Source: an uncultured archaeon (GTDB lineage: Archaea; Asgardarchaeota; Thorarchaeia; Thorarchaeales; CAZPUN01). Taken from it: a stretch of 18,204 nt of DNA. A program made the position numbers and the translations under genes. The stretch is from NCBI GenBank assembly GCA_964589775.1, contig CAZPUN010000040.1:1-18204 (forward strand). Reading direction: 5' to 3'. Positions 17,089 to 18,204 of this stretch are shown here, one piece after another. A model generated the notes under the pieces. It had not been told where the DNA came from. It did no database searches and saw only the letters and a program-made list of their open reading frames with translations. Every line of letters starts with the position of its first letter. Position 1 is the first letter of the stretch.

Positions 17089-17166
17089 TCTTTATCGCCT
17101 CAAAGCCTAGTACCCGTCGTATATGTCTGAGGCGAAAAAAGTCACTAATAACAATTTCTATTTAAA
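17089..17166 (-). promoter_or_regulatory. MFS promoter and 5' leader with an SD-sequestering inverted repeat
   Basis: TATA-like TTTAAATA at 17166-17159. Arm UCGCCUCAGA (17135-17126) pairs with UUUGAGGCGA (17104-17095), which contains the SD-like GAGGCGA 6 nt before the ATG. Confidence 0.55.
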
Positions 17167-17396
17167 CATTAATTTATGATTTTTATCTTTTTATAGACAT
17201 TTTTTGTTTGAAAATGTAAATCTTGTGATTTTTTTAGGGTTAAAAAATCCCCTATTTGATATAATATAAAAATAGTAGACTGAAAGATGAAAGATAAGTT
17301 TATCAAATGAAATTGTGTTACTTTTAATTACAATAGTAAGATTTAAGAAATAATTAATAAAAATGAAATATTACAAACAAAAGTCGTGGTATTGAG

Positions 17397-17705
17397 ATGG
17401 GGAGAACAGTCTTGGAAAAAGACGAAAAATGCAAAATATACCTAATAAGAACAGGAAATGTTCTTGAGGAGATACCAAAAGAATATGCAGAAGAATTCCT
17501 GAGCCTAGAATACCCTATGCTGATCATAGATCCAATATCTGGCGTTAATTTCCTACTAAACGCAGGTCATAGTGAGGAATTCTTATTTAATGTAATGATA
17601 GTAACTAAGAATGTTGCCCGAATAAACAAATTTCCAATAATAAGAATAACAAGAAATGAGGCAATTCATATATTAGAAAGACTGAAGAATATTGACAATG
17701 AATAA
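17397..17705 (+). CDS. Small hypothetical protein, possibly a single gelsolin-like domain
   Basis: 102-aa ORF filling the gap before purH. Pattern IYLI..G..LEEIP...L....LIID....FL..G.S, then helix, strand, helix. Confidence 0.6.
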   Translation: MGRTVLEKDEKCKIYLIRTGNVLEEIPKEYAEEFLSLEYPMLIIDPISGVNFLLNAGHSEEFLFNVMIVTKNVARINKFPIIRITRNEAIHILERLKNIDNE

Positions 17706-17774
17706 TCCAATTGGTTTATATGCTATTTTTTACTTTTCTTTTGTGGATTTGCAGCAATAGCTGGAGGAATTATA

Positions 17775-18204
17775 TTGGATTATGCAATTATTTCCGTCTG
17801 GGATAAGCGAGGAATTGCGGACTTCTGTAAAAAAATCTCGTCAAAATTTAAATTTATAGCAAGTGGTGGTACTTATGAGTATCTAAAGAGTAATGGCATC
17901 GCTGTAAAAAAAATTGATGAAATAACTGATTTTCCAGAAATACTCGGAGGACGCGTCAAAACATTACATCCGAAGATTCATGGAGGAATTCTATCACGGC
18001 GTACTGAAACAGATAATAAACAGTTAGAAGAGTTAGCAATTAAACCTATTTCACTTGTTGTATCAAATCTATATCCCTTTACTCCTGATAAACCACATGA
18101 GGAAGCTATCGAATTAATTGATATTGGAGGCCCTACATTAGTACGAGCTGCTGCAAAGAACTATGAACATGTAACTGTTGTAGTAGATCTAGATGATTAT
18201 GAGC
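17775..18204 (+). CDS. purH: PurH-type IMP cyclohydrolase domain, truncated by the window end and absent from the ORF track
   Basis: Manual translation from TTG 17775 (SD GGAGG at 17763-17767): MDYAIISVWDKRGI...IASGGTY..L...TDFPEILGGRVKTLHPKIHGGIL...VVSNLYPF...IELIDIGGPTLVRAAAKNYEHV. These are the canonical PurH N-terminal motifs. Confidence 0.93.
   Translation, partial: MDYAIISVWDKRGIADFCKKISSKFKFIASGGTYEYLKSNGIAVKKIDEITDFPEILGGRVKTLHPKIHGGILSRRTETDNKQLEELAIKPISLVVSNLYPFTPDKPHEEAIELIDIGGPTLVRAAAKNYEHVTVVVDLDDYE

Noticed and set aside
17105-17125. ACGA/ACGG in the MFS leader loop as a guanidine-II riboswitch
   Set aside because: That class needs two separate hairpins each capped by ACGR; here the words overlap within a single loop.
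1-18204. CRISPR arrays, tRNA/rRNA, transposases, integrases, defence or viral genes
   Set aside because: No repeat-spacer periodicity, cloverleaf or recombinase motifs seen by eye. The only nuclease-like domain appears catalytically degenerate.

Overview
AT-rich archaeal chromosomal DNA with GGTGA/GGAGG Shine-Dalgarno sites, U-rich terminators and frequent TTG starts. A stand-alone V4R protein, a TackOD1 protein, a possible single gelsolin-like domain and a Vps62/NPP1-like protein suggest an Asgard-type archaeon (inference only). Recognisable genes: A24 prepilin-type peptidase, a CTP-dependent polyprenol/phytol kinase paired with isopentenyl phosphate kinase, thyX, a tungsten aldehyde:ferredoxin oxidoreductase, two purP paralogues followed by an atypical flavodoxin, pyroglutamyl peptidase (pcp), an AP-endonuclease-2/CbiR-like TIM barrel, an MFS transporter, and the 5' part of a purH-type IMP cyclohydrolase that the ORF track missed. 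No rRNA, tRNA, CRISPR array or mobile element was seen. Best leads: (1) pcp head-to-head with a membrane-anchored five-bladed glutaminyl-cyclase-like propeller; (2) an MFS / Vps62-NPP1-like / CbiR-like cluster whose MFS leader folds into a hairpin covering the Shine-Dalgarno site; (3) a Cys4 zinc-knuckle insertion in one PurP; (4) a TackOD1 fused to an apparently inactive restriction-nuclease fold next to aor and a palindromic operator; (5) a putative prenyl-alcohol salvage operon. All family calls come from motifs recognised by eye; no searches were run.
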